Virus record (IMG/VR): IMGVR_UViG_3300037312_000757
Length of the DNA: 64,000 nt
From: a virus
Lineage: Duplodnaviria > Heunggongvirae > Uroviricota > Caudoviricetes
Reading direction: 5' to 3' (one strand)
Both the position numbers and the translations under genes were made by a program. Under the pieces are notes generated by a model. It searched no databases. It was not told where the DNA came from and saw only the letters and a list, made by a program, of their open reading frames with translations. Positions 1 through 9,373 of this stretch are shown piece after piece. Within the stretch, counting starts at the first letter, position 1, and the number at the start of each line of letters is the position of its first letter.

Positions 1-422
1 ATGGATTTTTCTCTCAATTGTTTAGTGGCAACAGAGTCGGATAGACTTTGTGCCAACTTGATTTCCTCTGTGTTTTGGCAGTGGATGCGTACGATACTAC
101 CAAGACCGAAGGAATAGCTAATATTATTTTCTTCGAGAAGCCCCAAAAGCTCTTCTCGTGCTTCAAACTTAGGAAACTTGCAAGTCAGAGTTACGCTCTC
201 CGTCTTGACCTGTTCTGGTTGCTGAGCAGGTGCATTATCCAACGCACCATCCTTCTGCAACATTGGAGCCAAAAGATCCTTGATCTTACCATGATCACCG
301 TCATGAACCAAGTTCATCAAAGTGTAAATGTCATCAAATGACATTTCACCAATCAGATCCTGAATGTCACCAGGAACCTTTCCAGTGATACGGCTGAGTT
401 CATCAATGAAATTCTTGTCCAT
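1..422 (-). CDS. Hypothetical protein, runs off window start (MDKNFIDELSRITGKVPG...)
   Basis: Not in the ORF track. Hand translation from ATG 422 stays open to position 1; late-promoter core TAAATA at 454-449 upstream. Confidence 0.7.
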   Translation of the reverse strand, partial: MDKNFIDELSRITGKVPGDIQDLIGEMSFDDIYTLMNLVHDGDHGKIKDLLAPMLQKDGALDNAPAQQPEQVKTESVTLTCKFPKFEAREELLGLLEENNISYSFGLGSIVRIHCQNTEEIKLAQSLSDSVATKQLREKS

Positions 423-465
423 AGCAGTCCTAAGTAAACGTCTTTAATTATTTAGCAGGCAAAAG

Positions 466-492
466 AAAAGGCTCGTAAAAACGAGCCTTTTC
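466..492. terminator. Intrinsic terminator (AAAAGGCTCGT-aaaa-ACGAGCCTTTT)
   Basis: Perfect inverted repeat with A/T tracts on both sides, downstream of the 530-946 gene. Confidence 0.75.
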
Positions 493-529
493 AAACTTAC
501 CAACTTACCGAATCACTTCGGTCATCAAA

Positions 530-946
530 TTACAGTGTGTTCAGTGTAACAACTGTGTTTGATGAAGTGAATGGTGACACAACGTTAGCCGCTGGGTTCA
601 ATGTTGTACCTGTCAGAGCACCTGATGCGTTTTCTGATTCGAAAACTTCAGCAACTGTAATTGCTTCAATAGCTGTCAGCAATGTTGCTGCTGTCCATGC
701 ACCTGTGTGCTCAACTGCAAACTTCAGAACTGTTGTGTTGCCTGTCAGGCCTGATGATGCTGAAGCTGCTGCTGGAGCTTGCAGTGCTGAAATAACTGGC
801 TGACCATTCAGAGCGATTGTTTCGATCAGAACGTTCAGAGCTGATGCGTTTGTTGTCAGGTCAACTGTTGTCTCAACTGTGAAGAAGTCGAGCTTTGAGC
901 CCAATGACATACCAGCTGCTGCGTTCTTATTTGGTGATGTAATCAT
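530..946 (-). CDS. Ala/Thr-rich putative virion (decoration/structural) protein
   Basis: Perfect TATAAATA at 989-982, AAGGA RBS, composition like the structural genes. Confidence 0.6.
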   Translation of the reverse strand: MITSPNKNAAAGMSLGSKLDFFTVETTVDLTTNASALNVLIETIALNGQPVISALQAPAAASASSGLTGNTTVLKFAVEHTGAWTAATLLTAIEAITVAEVFESENASGALTGTTLNPAANVVSPFTSSNTVVTLNTL

Positions 947-981
947 GATTTGGTTTCCTTAAAAGAAAGGGTTTCTAATTC

Positions 982-989
982 TATTTATA
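982..989 (-). promoter_or_regulatory. T4-type late promoter TATAAATA
   Basis: Exact T4 late consensus. TAAATA cores also on - at about 449, 1219, 7777, 11405, 22702, 25331, 27334, 29795, 32815, 36435, 40991, 42118, 54253, 56439, 59288 and on + at about 11470, 15157, 42547, 43382, 59329, 60652. Confidence 0.8.
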
Positions 990-993
990 ACGG

Positions 994-1197
994 TTAGTCA
1001 TTTCGCTTAATAACTACCGGCTTATTACCCTTTTTCTTCTTGGTCTTCTGAGGAGCAACCTGAGCATAAATGCTACGAGCTGCGGTCTCCTTGGGATCAG
1101 AAGAGAAAAATGGTTGTACCGATGTGGCAACACCGGCCGATGAACTAGCGCCACATGACGCATTCTCATTGAGACAAGCAAAGTCTGTATATCGCAT
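994..1197 (-). CDS. Small protein with basic C-terminus, possible head internal protein (MRYTDFACLNE-N...)
   Basis: Strong AAAGGAGGAG RBS before ATG 1197; late promoter core at 1224-1219; N-terminus resembles a T4 capsid-targeting leader ending L-x-E. Confidence 0.6.
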   Translation of the reverse strand: MRYTDFACLNENASCGASSSAGVATSVQPFFSSDPKETAARSIYAQVAPQKTKKKKGNKPVVIKRND

Positions 1198-1247
1198 AGT
1201 CTCCTCCTTTGTTACCACTATTTACAACCAATTATACGGAAACCTGG

Positions 1248-2252
1248 TTACAGTGCCAAATTAGGAATCTCCTTACCAATCTCAACCAACCGCTCACAAA
1301 ACAACTTCCAAATCAAATCCTTCTCCTCATACAACTCAGGATTCCCCAAAATACACGCTCTGACACTCTCATACGTCTCCAACGCCTCAGGACAAATACC
1401 CTCACCAAACAACTGTCTGGCAATGAATACTGGGTCGGTAGACGTCTTGGTGATCAACTCATCCTCAGAATATGCATCGATCTCATCCGGGTAACGAGCC
1501 ATAAAGAATCTCGGAAAGAAATCACCCACAAATTCATCAACATTCTGAGCAGTAACAGGGATCATCTTCTTGACATATCCCTTACCATCCTTCCGCTTAG
1601 GAGCAAATCGCCCACCATGAACCAAACCCTTATCATGATTCAAGGTGTACCCCAATCTCCCAACCATCTCCCCAGGATTATACTCATGATCCGATTCCAA
1701 TACCATGGTCCAATCAGATAACGCCTTCGCCACAGCCTTGATCAACTCAGTTCTATGGCTACCCGAATAACGACTGGTACCAGGAAAAGGGCTCCAATGA
1801 GTAAACTCCAATAACTCAACCTCACCCAACATATAATCAACTTGGTGCCATCCACTACCAGGAACTAATACTCGAGTATAAACCTGATTGATAGATGGAT
1901 TGATCTTCACATTATCACTACCATATCTCTCCATAAGGAAAGATACTAGAGAGTCATACGTCCAGTCAGAAGACGATACCGCTATGTCTACATCACCACT
2001 CAGGTCCTTCTTACCAGTAGACCCCAATGTCCTCAAACCATTCTTCACGAATAATTCATGGAGGTTGTAGAACATGTCGCCGTTATCACTGGCTCTATCA
2101 GATGTTTGTGTCAAACCCAGGTAGAACTCTTCAAATTTGGCGGGGTCATATTCCTGGTCCCGGAGCTCGAACAGAGTCAGAACCCAGGCACAGATACGGA
2201 TGCTGGTATGGCGTGGAACATCAACAACGTTGTCAAATGCTTTTCCGCCCAT
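1248..2252 (-). CDS. Pol-beta-superfamily nucleotidyltransferase-like protein
   Basis: hGS-x8-DxD motif (LGSTGKKDLSGDVDIAV) and a third acidic residue in QVDYM. Confidence 0.7.
   Translation of the reverse strand: MGGKAFDNVVDVPRHTSIRICAWVLTLFELRDQEYDPAKFEEFYLGLTQTSDRASDNGDMFYNLHELFVKNGLRTLGSTGKKDLSGDVDIAVSSSDWTYDSLVSFLMERYGSDNVKINPSINQVYTRVLVPGSGWHQVDYMLGEVELLEFTHWSPFPGTSRYSGSHRTELIKAVAKALSDWTMVLESDHEYNPGEMVGRLGYTLNHDKGLVHGGRFAPKRKDGKGYVKKMIPVTAQNVDEFVGDFFPRFFMARYPDEIDAYSEDELITKTSTDPVFIARQLFGEGICPEALETYESVRACILGNPELYEEKDLIWKLFCERLVEIGKEIPNLAL
2041..2133 (-). repeat. Single inverted copy of the 42-kb A/B element, inside the NTase CDS
   Basis: 2109-2133 matches the reverse complement of 42164-42188 at 24/25; 2041-2064 matches the reverse complement of 42420-42443 at 21/24. 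Confidence 0.9.
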
Positions 2253-2709
2253 GGTGGGCTCCTTTATTTTCTTTTGGCTTGGGTACGTATGGCTTCATCT
2301 CGGGTCTCTGCTCAGGCCCAAGATGATACAACACATTCGTTGCATCAGGATGATCCACACCCAAACGAGCAGCCACAGCTATTGCTTCGCTTGAGAAGCC
2401 AATAGTGATGCCATATGTTTTACGTCGATCTACTCCAATCACAAAGTCATTTGGTGAGATCAACTCTTTGTATTTGTTGTAGATCTTCCTGATCTCTGCT
2501 CTGAGACCACTGCCATTGTGCCATCTGAGCTTGTCACGCTCAGGCTTGTAATACAGCACGGTAACATGAGGCCAAGTGTAGGCGATTTCCGCTCCCATGT
2601 CGGGGCCATACGTTTTTGAACGCCAATCATTTCCTACAAGTTCTTTATAACGTTTGTCTCGCCATTCACGTAGAGGCTTAGTATCCGCCGCCGGTGACTG
2701 TGTGTCCAT
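2233..2709 (-). CDS. Small paralog family A (WPH...hGF-x5-AxAxxL)
   Basis: YTWPHVTV and IGFSSEAIAVAARL motifs shared with neighbours. Confidence 0.7.
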   Translation of the reverse strand: MDTQSPAADTKPLREWRDKRYKELVGNDWRSKTYGPDMGAEIAYTWPHVTVLYYKPERDKLRWHNGSGLRAEIRKIYNKYKELISPNDFVIGVDRRKTYGITIGFSSEAIAVAARLGVDHPDATNVLYHLGPEQRPEMKPYVPKPKENKGAHHGRKSI

Positions 2710-3064
2710 CTGCCAATTCCAAATTAAAACGCATTGCTATTGCATCCGACATATCAGTGAAACCAAATACGATTACTCGTTCATGAAAATCGAACGAACA
2801 CGCCAAGATATAGTTTCCTGGGCCACCCATGTATGCTTCGACCTGTTGGCAATAGCTATTGATCATGGCATACATCGTATCACGTCTATTAATACGTTTT
2901 GTGACATTCACGATGATGTGTGGCCAGAACCGTGGAATCAGAACCGTATAGGGAATACGCTCATCAGGATCAACCACACTTAGTTCGAGCAAACGATACC
3001 AATCTCTGATCGTGTTATACCCCTTGACCACTTCACCAGCCATATGTGACCTTGTAGAAATCAT
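2678..3064 (-). CDS. Small paralog family A
   Basis: RFWPHIIV; FGFTDMSDAIAMRFNL. Confidence 0.7.
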   Translation of the reverse strand: MISTRSHMAGEVVKGYNTIRDWYRLLELSVVDPDERIPYTVLIPRFWPHIIVNVTKRINRRDTMYAMINSYCQQVEAYMGGPGNYILACSFDFHERVIVFGFTDMSDAIAMRFNLELADGHTVTGGGY

Positions 3065-3386
3065 CTTTTATTTGAATTTGAAGCTTTGCGGCGACCGCAG
3101 TAGCGATGTTCTGGAAGCCTATGACCAATTCCTTTCGATAGGCTACCACCACAAAGTCTTGTACATCTATGATTTGCGCCAGCACGCGATGAACACCCCG
3201 GGCCCAGGTTGCGTTTTCGGCCATCGTATAACTTTCAAAGTTCTCCGGGGCGGTAACGCTGATGTATGGCCATTTTGCCTTCACGTCATCACAGAAATTG
3301 TGCAAGTGAGGACGATCAAACGAGTCTCTCAGGGCTTCAGCCCAGATACGGATGCATTCTTGTTCGTTATTTGTAAGAGTCTGCAA
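3033..3386 (-). CDS. Small paralog family A
   Basis: AKWPYISV; IGFQNIATAVAAKLQI. Confidence 0.7.
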   Translation of the reverse strand: MQTLTNNEQECIRIWAEALRDSFDRPHLHNFCDDVKAKWPYISVTAPENFESYTMAENATWARGVHRVLAQIIDVQDFVVVAYRKELVIGFQNIATAVAAKLQIQIKDDFYKVTYGW

Positions 3387-3687
3387 TTACATCACCAATC
3401 GTTAGTTTGAATGCCACCGCATCCGCATCAGTCGAGAATCCAATTAGAAGCACATCGTCGGGTATCACCCACCTGGTATACCAATCCCAACCGCCACAAA
3501 TGTTCTGAAGATGGCTGAAAATAGCTTGCTGTTGTTCATCATCAATGAGGTAGTCGCCAATGTCGTCTGCTTTAATGTAGACGTGGGGCCACTTTTCTAT
3601 TTCTTCTGTTGTTGGAACAGTTTCTTGATCGAAAGCCCAGCGGAGAATTGGGGGTTTATTTGAGTTCGAAATCGCTGTCATTTTCAA
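3367..3687 (-). CDS. Small paralog family A
   Basis: EKWPHVYI; IGFSTDADAVAFKLTI. Confidence 0.72.
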   Translation of the reverse strand: MKMTAISNSNKPPILRWAFDQETVPTTEEIEKWPHVYIKADDIGDYLIDDEQQQAIFSHLQNICGGWDWYTRWVIPDDVLLIGFSTDADAVAFKLTIGDVIADSYK

Positions 3688-3991
3688 TGTAATTTTCAGC
3701 CGCAGCTTTTTCTTGTTCGTTGTTGAAAAAGAAGATCATGAGGTCAGCTCTGACCATTAGTACCAGCGGGTAATATGACGATATGCCAGCTTCCTTCTTG
3801 ATCTGCTTGTTCAGCTTGAAGATGCGTCGCTGAAGCACGCCAGGGCTCATTGGGCCCTTCTTATCGCGCACATAGCGATATGGCCAGCGTTTTTGTGCTT
3901 CGTAGATCGCATCGTCTATCGATCTGAGCTTTAATTGATCGTTGATCCAATCACTTACTTTCATCTGGCATACCGTTCTTTGCGATGTCAT
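3656..3991 (-). CDS. Small paralog family A (divergent)
   Basis: KRWPYRYV; FFFNNEQEKAAA; start uncertain. Confidence 0.6.
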   Translation of the reverse strand: MTSQRTVCQMKVSDWINDQLKLRSIDDAIYEAQKRWPYRYVRDKKGPMSPGVLQRRIFKLNKQIKKEAGISSYYPLVLMVRADLMIFFFNNEQEKAAAENYIENDSDFELK

Positions 3992-4958
3992 TCAACTGGG
4001 CGCGAAGGCTTGCCAGAGATTCAAGATTACGCAAATGTGTGTTGGGTTGATAGTTGTGCCGATCCCAGTCATGGTAGAGCTTGAATTCCACATCAAGTTC
4101 TTTGAGTGAGTTCCAAGCCGCCACTTTCGGGTCACCATTCGCTGCTGCCGCATAGAAGCGATCCATGAGCGAATTCTTGATTCCTTTGGGTGAACGGAAG
4201 AGGCCGTTTCTGAACGCGTAGTTTTTCTTGTTCTGCTCGGTAAACCAATTACGGTCTACAACCTTGAACATCCATCCATCTTTGTGTTTGAAGATCATGC
4301 CTTCCATCCGCATGAAATGCCCAGGCGAGAAGTTGCTGCAATTTGTCTGCACCATGTGCAAGATTTCATGCTCGAGATCATCAACCGTCGTGATATATCC
4401 CATGTTCATCTCACCCTTCAGATGTGGGATCATACCATCAAGAAAATCGAGATTTGTGATATCGTATTCATATCGTTTTCTTGTTCGTTTGATGGTATAT
4501 CCATCGTCGGTATACGGTACGTCATCAAGTTCGATGCTCGTGCTGAAATGATATGCAGCAAGTGCAACTGGCGTATGTATGATGAGTCGGTTAATTGGGC
4601 CGTAATCGATCGTATTTGGCGTATCAGAGAACAGCATCTCCATCTCAAGCATCACACCTGGTGGATAGAATGCATCAGGGTAATTCCAGTGTGGATAGTT
4701 GATCCGTGGAAGTGCTTCAATGAATGCAGCATGGGATGCTCGGAACCCACGTGTCCAGAAGTCAGTTCCCCATTCATCTGGGCACGTATAGATGGGAGCG
4801 TTCTTGCCGCCCTTGCGCACAGCCCAAGGGAATGCTTCGTCGTTCTTGATCTTCAGATAACTACCGTCAAGCTTCTCTTGGACCTGGAAGTCTTCGATGT
4901 GATCGAGTGCGATCTTTTTGCGACGATCGGAGAGTGCAGAAAAGTGTGGGATGCCCAT
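3951..4958 (-). CDS. ATP-dependent ligase/RNA-ligase-like covalent nucleotidyltransferase
   Basis: Motif I QEKLDGS, motif IV-like EGMIF, motif V-like FKVV. Confidence 0.65.
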   Translation of the reverse strand: MGIPHFSALSDRRKKIALDHIEDFQVQEKLDGSYLKIKNDEAFPWAVRKGGKNAPIYTCPDEWGTDFWTRGFRASHAAFIEALPRINYPHWNYPDAFYPPGVMLEMEMLFSDTPNTIDYGPINRLIIHTPVALAAYHFSTSIELDDVPYTDDGYTIKRTRKRYEYDITNLDFLDGMIPHLKGEMNMGYITTVDDLEHEILHMVQTNCSNFSPGHFMRMEGMIFKHKDGWMFKVVDRNWFTEQNKKNYAFRNGLFRSPKGIKNSLMDRFYAAAANGDPKVAAWNSLKELDVEFKLYHDWDRHNYQPNTHLRNLESLASLRAQLNDIAKNGMPDESK

Positions 4959-5025
4959 ATAGATGCCAATTGTTTTTGCGCACTCTATATGATATTTGGC
5001 AACCTCGCAAGCCGCGAGGCCGTGA

Positions 5026-5052
5026 AAATGGCGAGGAATTATCTCGCCATTT
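5026..5052 (-). terminator. Hairpin terminator AAATGGCGAG...CTCGCCATTT
   Basis: Inverted repeat right after the stop of the 5055-7232 gene; the same stem recurs at about 54364-54390. Confidence 0.6.
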
Positions 5053-5054
5053 GA

Positions 5055-7232
5055 TTAGTCTTTACGACCGTTTGCTTGTTTCCATCCTCGATCAAGTATT
5101 TCGATCTGTGACGGATTTGTGACTTTGTTGCCCTTGCTATCAACCCAGCCATCAGCTTTTCGCTGTAGGACTCGATTCGTCTTTGGGATACGAAACGTAG
5201 CGTTCATTGGAACATCGTTCGTCTTGTCCGCTTGCTTAGGTTCCTGAGCATTTGCAGCTTGTGCTGGCTGAGCGGGTTTAGCTGGTTCGACCGGTTCGGC
5301 TGGCTTTGCCGGTTGTGCTGGCTGTGCGGTTCTGCTTGGCACAACACCTACCCAATCATCCGGCGCATCATCAGGTGCTGACTGTGTATCCTGGCGGGCA
5401 GGTTGCATCGGTTCGGGAGCACCGTTCTTCTGCTTCTCGTACTGATCGTTCAACCAGTCGATTGATTTCTGTGATGTAACTGGCTGTCCTTCAGCAGTCT
5501 TCCATTCGGAACCGTTGAACGTGTATGTACCACCATTCGCCTTGACCGTTGCATTGAATGGAATACTACCGTCATCTTCATCAGCTGCTGGCACTTCTTG
5601 AGGTTTGCTCATACCAGTAGCTTTCATGTACTCATCTTGCAAGTCTGTCAGCTTAGTAGCAAATCCGTTCTGTGCTGAGAACTGCTTACCATTACCACGT
5701 TCGACCCAGCCGCCACCGGCGAGTGGTTCGTAAACTCGAGTAATGACCTTTCCGCCATTACGTTCATCCTTCGTTGCGACCGTGAGTGTGCCTTGCTTCT
5801 CATCCCACTTCACATGTTCACCACGAACATTGATGAATCTGCCTTCTGAAGTTTCATCCGAGTCATTGGCTGCATCTTGACCCTTGCCAACATTGCTGAC
5901 ACCAGCTTGTTGCTTGCCGTGTTCTTGACCCTTCTCACCAGGGATTTCACCCTTGATGTTGAAGATCTTCTGGCAGTGCTTAATGAAGTTTTGATCCCAG
6001 TTGTTGGGATCTTCGTTCTTTAAGTCAGTCATGAAGTCGTAGAACATTTGTTTGTTCTTGTTACGGAACTCACGCAAATCCCACTTGCTCAAGCTGATGC
6101 CCAGGTAGTCACCAAGCTGTTTTGCCTTAGTCAGCAAGTCTTCCTCTTGTGGTGCTTGAGGGGCATTCTGGCCTGGTGTCGCTTGGTAGTTACCGTAGAA
6201 CTGACCACCTTGACGTAGATGGTCGGCATAGCCTTGTGCCGCATGACGGAACGCGCCTGAACGGATAGCATCTTGTGCAATCTTCACAAACAACTTACGA
6301 AGTGCCGCATCTTCTGCATCTTCGTTAATCTGGCTTTCAACCATCGTCAGTGTGTCACGAGTTGCTGCCTTTGTTGGTGTCTCTGACGGAATAGCCAGGA
6401 TAAAGCGATTCAACGCCTTAGGGTGGTTCTTGCCGTATAATTCAAGTGCTCGCACGCATGAACGGCGGAACAAGTCAGCTTCTTCTTCTGAACCAGCAGG
6501 AATACGTGATGCACCTGGGACCTTCGCTTTGAATTCTTCCCAAGTAACGAAGAATGCTTCACGCTTCATTTCTTCAGTTGTTTCAGCTGGTTTAGCATTA
6601 ACAACTTGGATGAGATCCTTCAGCTCTTCTTCCTTGTCCTCATCCGCAAACACGAAAGTACCATCTGGATTCTTTGTGAACGGAACGGCTGGGGAATCGT
6701 TGTAACCAGAAGCGTCGCGCTGACGGAGGAATTCCTTGTACTCAGCAGACTTCATGAAACGCTTGACGTTTGCTGTGTTTGGCTGGAACTCGTCTGGTGC
6801 TGGCTCATATGTACCAGAAGCACCTTCGCTATCACTACTTGAACTACCGGTTGAGCTTGTGCCGACCAGACTGTCGTATGAATTACCACCGTGCTGCGCT
6901 TGCGGCTGTTGTGGTTGACCACCCTGAGCTTCTGGCGCTGGACCGTTGTACTTGATCTTCAGCTCTTGGTTGACAAAGTCCATACCCAAGTTGACCTGGT
7001 GGATCAGAAAGTCAGCAACGTCGTTACGTGTGCCTTTCGCACCTACACGACCAGCCCACATTTTGAACTGGTTGTAAAGTTCTGTCGCAAGAGTGTGAGT
7101 GTCAAGTTGACCAGCGGCTTTCTTGTTGCCAAGAGCAGCCTTGGTTGTGAGACCAACTTCCTTTGCTTTGTTGACCAAAGCATCCCAGAAGCCTTCTGTG
7201 ATTTGTTGTTCGATGTTATCGTATTTCTTCAT
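5055..7232 (-). CDS. Large low-complexity protein, probable head-packaged internal protein
   Basis: N-terminal leader ending ITE-G; Q/P/A linkers; repeated small W-containing modules near the C-terminus. Confidence 0.6.
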   Translation of the reverse strand: MKKYDNIEQQITEGFWDALVNKAKEVGLTTKAALGNKKAAGQLDTHTLATELYNQFKMWAGRVGAKGTRNDVADFLIHQVNLGMDFVNQELKIKYNGPAPEAQGGQPQQPQAQHGGNSYDSLVGTSSTGSSSSDSEGASGTYEPAPDEFQPNTANVKRFMKSAEYKEFLRQRDASGYNDSPAVPFTKNPDGTFVFADEDKEEELKDLIQVVNAKPAETTEEMKREAFFVTWEEFKAKVPGASRIPAGSEEEADLFRRSCVRALELYGKNHPKALNRFILAIPSETPTKAATRDTLTMVESQINEDAEDAALRKLFVKIAQDAIRSGAFRHAAQGYADHLRQGGQFYGNYQATPGQNAPQAPQEEDLLTKAKQLGDYLGISLSKWDLREFRNKNKQMFYDFMTDLKNEDPNNWDQNFIKHCQKIFNIKGEIPGEKGQEHGKQQAGVSNVGKGQDAANDSDETSEGRFINVRGEHVKWDEKQGTLTVATKDERNGGKVITRVYEPLAGGGWVERGNGKQFSAQNGFATKLTDLQDEYMKATGMSKPQEVPAADEDDGSIPFNATVKANGGTYTFNGSEWKTAEGQPVTSQKSIDWLNDQYEKQKNGAPEPMQPARQDTQSAPDDAPDDWVGVVPSRTAQPAQPAKPAEPVEPAKPAQPAQAANAQEPKQADKTNDVPMNATFRIPKTNRVLQRKADGWVDSKGNKVTNPSQIEILDRGWKQANGRKD

Positions 7233-7480
7233 TTCTTGTCTTCTCGAAGTTGACGCATCTTACGTGCGAACTTTTCAACGTCATCATTTTTGATAGCGAG
7301 TAAAAGTCGTTTTGTGAGATCTTCGGAGACTTCCTCTGGAAAAGAATTTTCCAAAAGCTTGATTAAATGGCGTGCTGACGCGATAACTTGTTGAGCACGA
7401 CTTTCAATGAACAGCTCTTTGTTATTTGTAGGAGCGTAAGAACTCAGCTCTTCAATAATGCTGCGGAACTGCTTTTCCAT
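7229..7480 (-). CDS. Hypothetical protein
   Basis: Coupled to neighbours, GAGG RBS. Confidence 0.7.
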   Translation of the reverse strand: MEKQFRSIIEELSSYAPTNNKELFIESRAQQVIASARHLIKLLENSFPEEVSEDLTKRLLLAIKNDDVEKFARKMRQLREDKK

Positions 7481-7749
7481 TACATACCTCGTAAACGATT
7501 CAACAGGTTCTGCACCATATCGGCGGCACGATTCATGCCTGCTTCCACTCCTGCAGAATATTCACCAATGTCGGGATCTTGATAACTGCGAAGCTTGAAG
7601 ATGAGCTTTTCCATCTCTTGGACCAACTCTTCATCAAGCTGGGGTTGAGCCGGAGCCTCTGGCTCGAACACCACCGGTTGAGGAATAACCTCCGGTGGTG
7701 TCAGCAGACTCTCGGTCAACGCGATAAATTTACGGAAATCTTCATCCAT
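7480..7749 (-). CDS. Hypothetical protein (late; leader FRKFIALTE)
   Basis: TAAATA core upstream at about 7777. Confidence 0.65.
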   Translation of the reverse strand: MDEDFRKFIALTESLLTPPEVIPQPVVFEPEAPAQPQLDEELVQEMEKLIFKLRSYQDPDIGEYSAGVEAGMNRAADMVQNLLNRLRGM

Positions 7750-7808
7750 TCTAAATGGCTTCTCACAATATGTATCTATTTATTTCGTAAGAAACCAAGT
7801 GATTCTGG

Positions 7809-9371
7809 TTAGATATCACGTTGCACACGCTTCAAGATATCCATCATATTCGTACGAACTGCTGATGGCTTTGGTGCTTCCTGAGCTGCGCTTTGTGTGG
7901 CCGTATTTGCCGCACCGCGTTTCTCATCCATCCAAGGTGGTGTGCCTGTTGATCGGTTAGGATTATCGATTTCCTGACCTGGTTTCGCCTTAACTGCCCA
8001 GTTAGTTCCAATAGATGGTTTCTTTTCTGTTTCAGCTTCGGCTTCTTCTTCCTTCATGCGATTCTTAATCTGCTTGCCGATGCTCTGAAGATCGCGAGTC
8101 TGCATCAGTTCTTCACCTTCGTCTACGTCGGTAATACGCAGAGATGCAGTATCAAACTTCATGCTGATACGCTGACCAACAGCTGATGACGAACGAGTCT
8201 TCAAGAATTGCAGTTGGTATTCACCACGCTCACGCATAGGCTGTGAAGTGAAAATACCAAACACATTGTCCGCCGTGTTGATCTTTGAAATACCACCAGC
8301 GATGTGGCTGTGGTCAAATTCATGGGCTTCAACAGACGCACGGTTCAACTGCGATGCGGTAGCATTCAATACGTGGTATTCACTCATGAGCGCACGCATT
8401 TCTTCAGCCACGTACTTGTCCTTAACAAACATGTCACTTGGGTTGATTTTGCTGTTGTTTGGATACATCAAATCCAAGTAGTCGATCACGATAGCGTCAG
8501 GCTTGCGACCAGTTTGGATTTCGTATTCCTTCAAGTAAGCACGAATCACGTTGGCAGAAGTACCAGCTTCTGGCATCTTCTTCACAGTCAAACCACCGCC
8601 TGATTGCTTACCACGCATACGCACTTTCAGATCAACATCGTCAAGCTTCTTGAACACGTCTTTTGTTGACACGCCAGCAACCATTGCATCCAAACGTGTG
8701 GAGACCAAATTCTCCGAAAGTTCCAGCGTGATATAGATCACGTGAAGACCCATGAAAACCCAGTTCAGTGCGATGTTCTGGAGGAACAGTGACTTACCAG
8801 AGCCTGAGCCACCAGCAAAGATGTTCAGTGCGCCCTTAGTGAAACCGCCATACAGCTTCGCATCAAGATCACGCCAACCTGTACTCATAACGTCACTACG
8901 GTCCAACACTTGCTGAATACGAGCTTTCGGATCAGCAAAGTAGTCAGTACCAAGGTCACGTTGCAGAGAGATGGTAATCGCATCACGGAGTCGCTGTTCA
9001 ACTTCTGAATAGTGACCAGTTGTGATCAGATCAGCACCGTCATAGATCACGTTCTCAATTGCACGGTGACGACAAAAGCCTTCAATTTCCCTCAAGAACC
9101 ATTCAGTGTGTTGTGACTGAATGTTGTCTACCTTAGTGACCTGAATTTGTGTTTCTGCCTTGACTTGTTCTGGTGTTGGCAAAGCATGATATTCGTCTGC
9201 AAACTTCAACACATAACGAATAGCAGGCTTCAGTCGATCATTCCAGTGAGTGATATCCAAAATGTTTTGGCAACGCGTAAACGCAATAGGATCACTCATC
9301 AAGAAGTTCAAGTAGTTTTCTTGTACTTCTAGTGGATAGCTTTTGATTTCTTCTTTTTCTTTTTTCGCCAT
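7809..9371 (-). CDS. Replicative DNA helicase (T4 gp41/DnaB-like)
   Basis: Walker A GGSGSGKS, ITLELSE, IVIDYLDL, ATASQLNR, KTRSS. Confidence 0.93.
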   Translation of the reverse strand: MAKKEKEEIKSYPLEVQENYLNFLMSDPIAFTRCQNILDITHWNDRLKPAIRYVLKFADEYHALPTPEQVKAETQIQVTKVDNIQSQHTEWFLREIEGFCRHRAIENVIYDGADLITTGHYSEVEQRLRDAITISLQRDLGTDYFADPKARIQQVLDRSDVMSTGWRDLDAKLYGGFTKGALNIFAGGSGSGKSLFLQNIALNWVFMGLHVIYITLELSENLVSTRLDAMVAGVSTKDVFKKLDDVDLKVRMRGKQSGGGLTVKKMPEAGTSANVIRAYLKEYEIQTGRKPDAIVIDYLDLMYPNNSKINPSDMFVKDKYVAEEMRALMSEYHVLNATASQLNRASVEAHEFDHSHIAGGISKINTADNVFGIFTSQPMRERGEYQLQFLKTRSSSAVGQRISMKFDTASLRITDVDEGEELMQTRDLQSIGKQIKNRMKEEEAEAETEKKPSIGTNWAVKAKPGQEIDNPNRSTGTPPWMDEKRGAANTATQSAAQEAPKPSAVRTNMMDILKRVQRDI

Positions 9372-9373
9372 TC

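Noticed and set aside
1209-1721. 170-aa plus-strand ORF, and similar antisense ORFs (4284-5054, 56605-57423)
   Set aside because: Shadows of well-supported minus-strand genes, with no RBS or motifs
5026-5052. Shared AAATGGCGAG stem with about 54364-54390 as a mobile repeat
   Set aside because: Only two short copies, both at gene ends; ordinary terminators suffice
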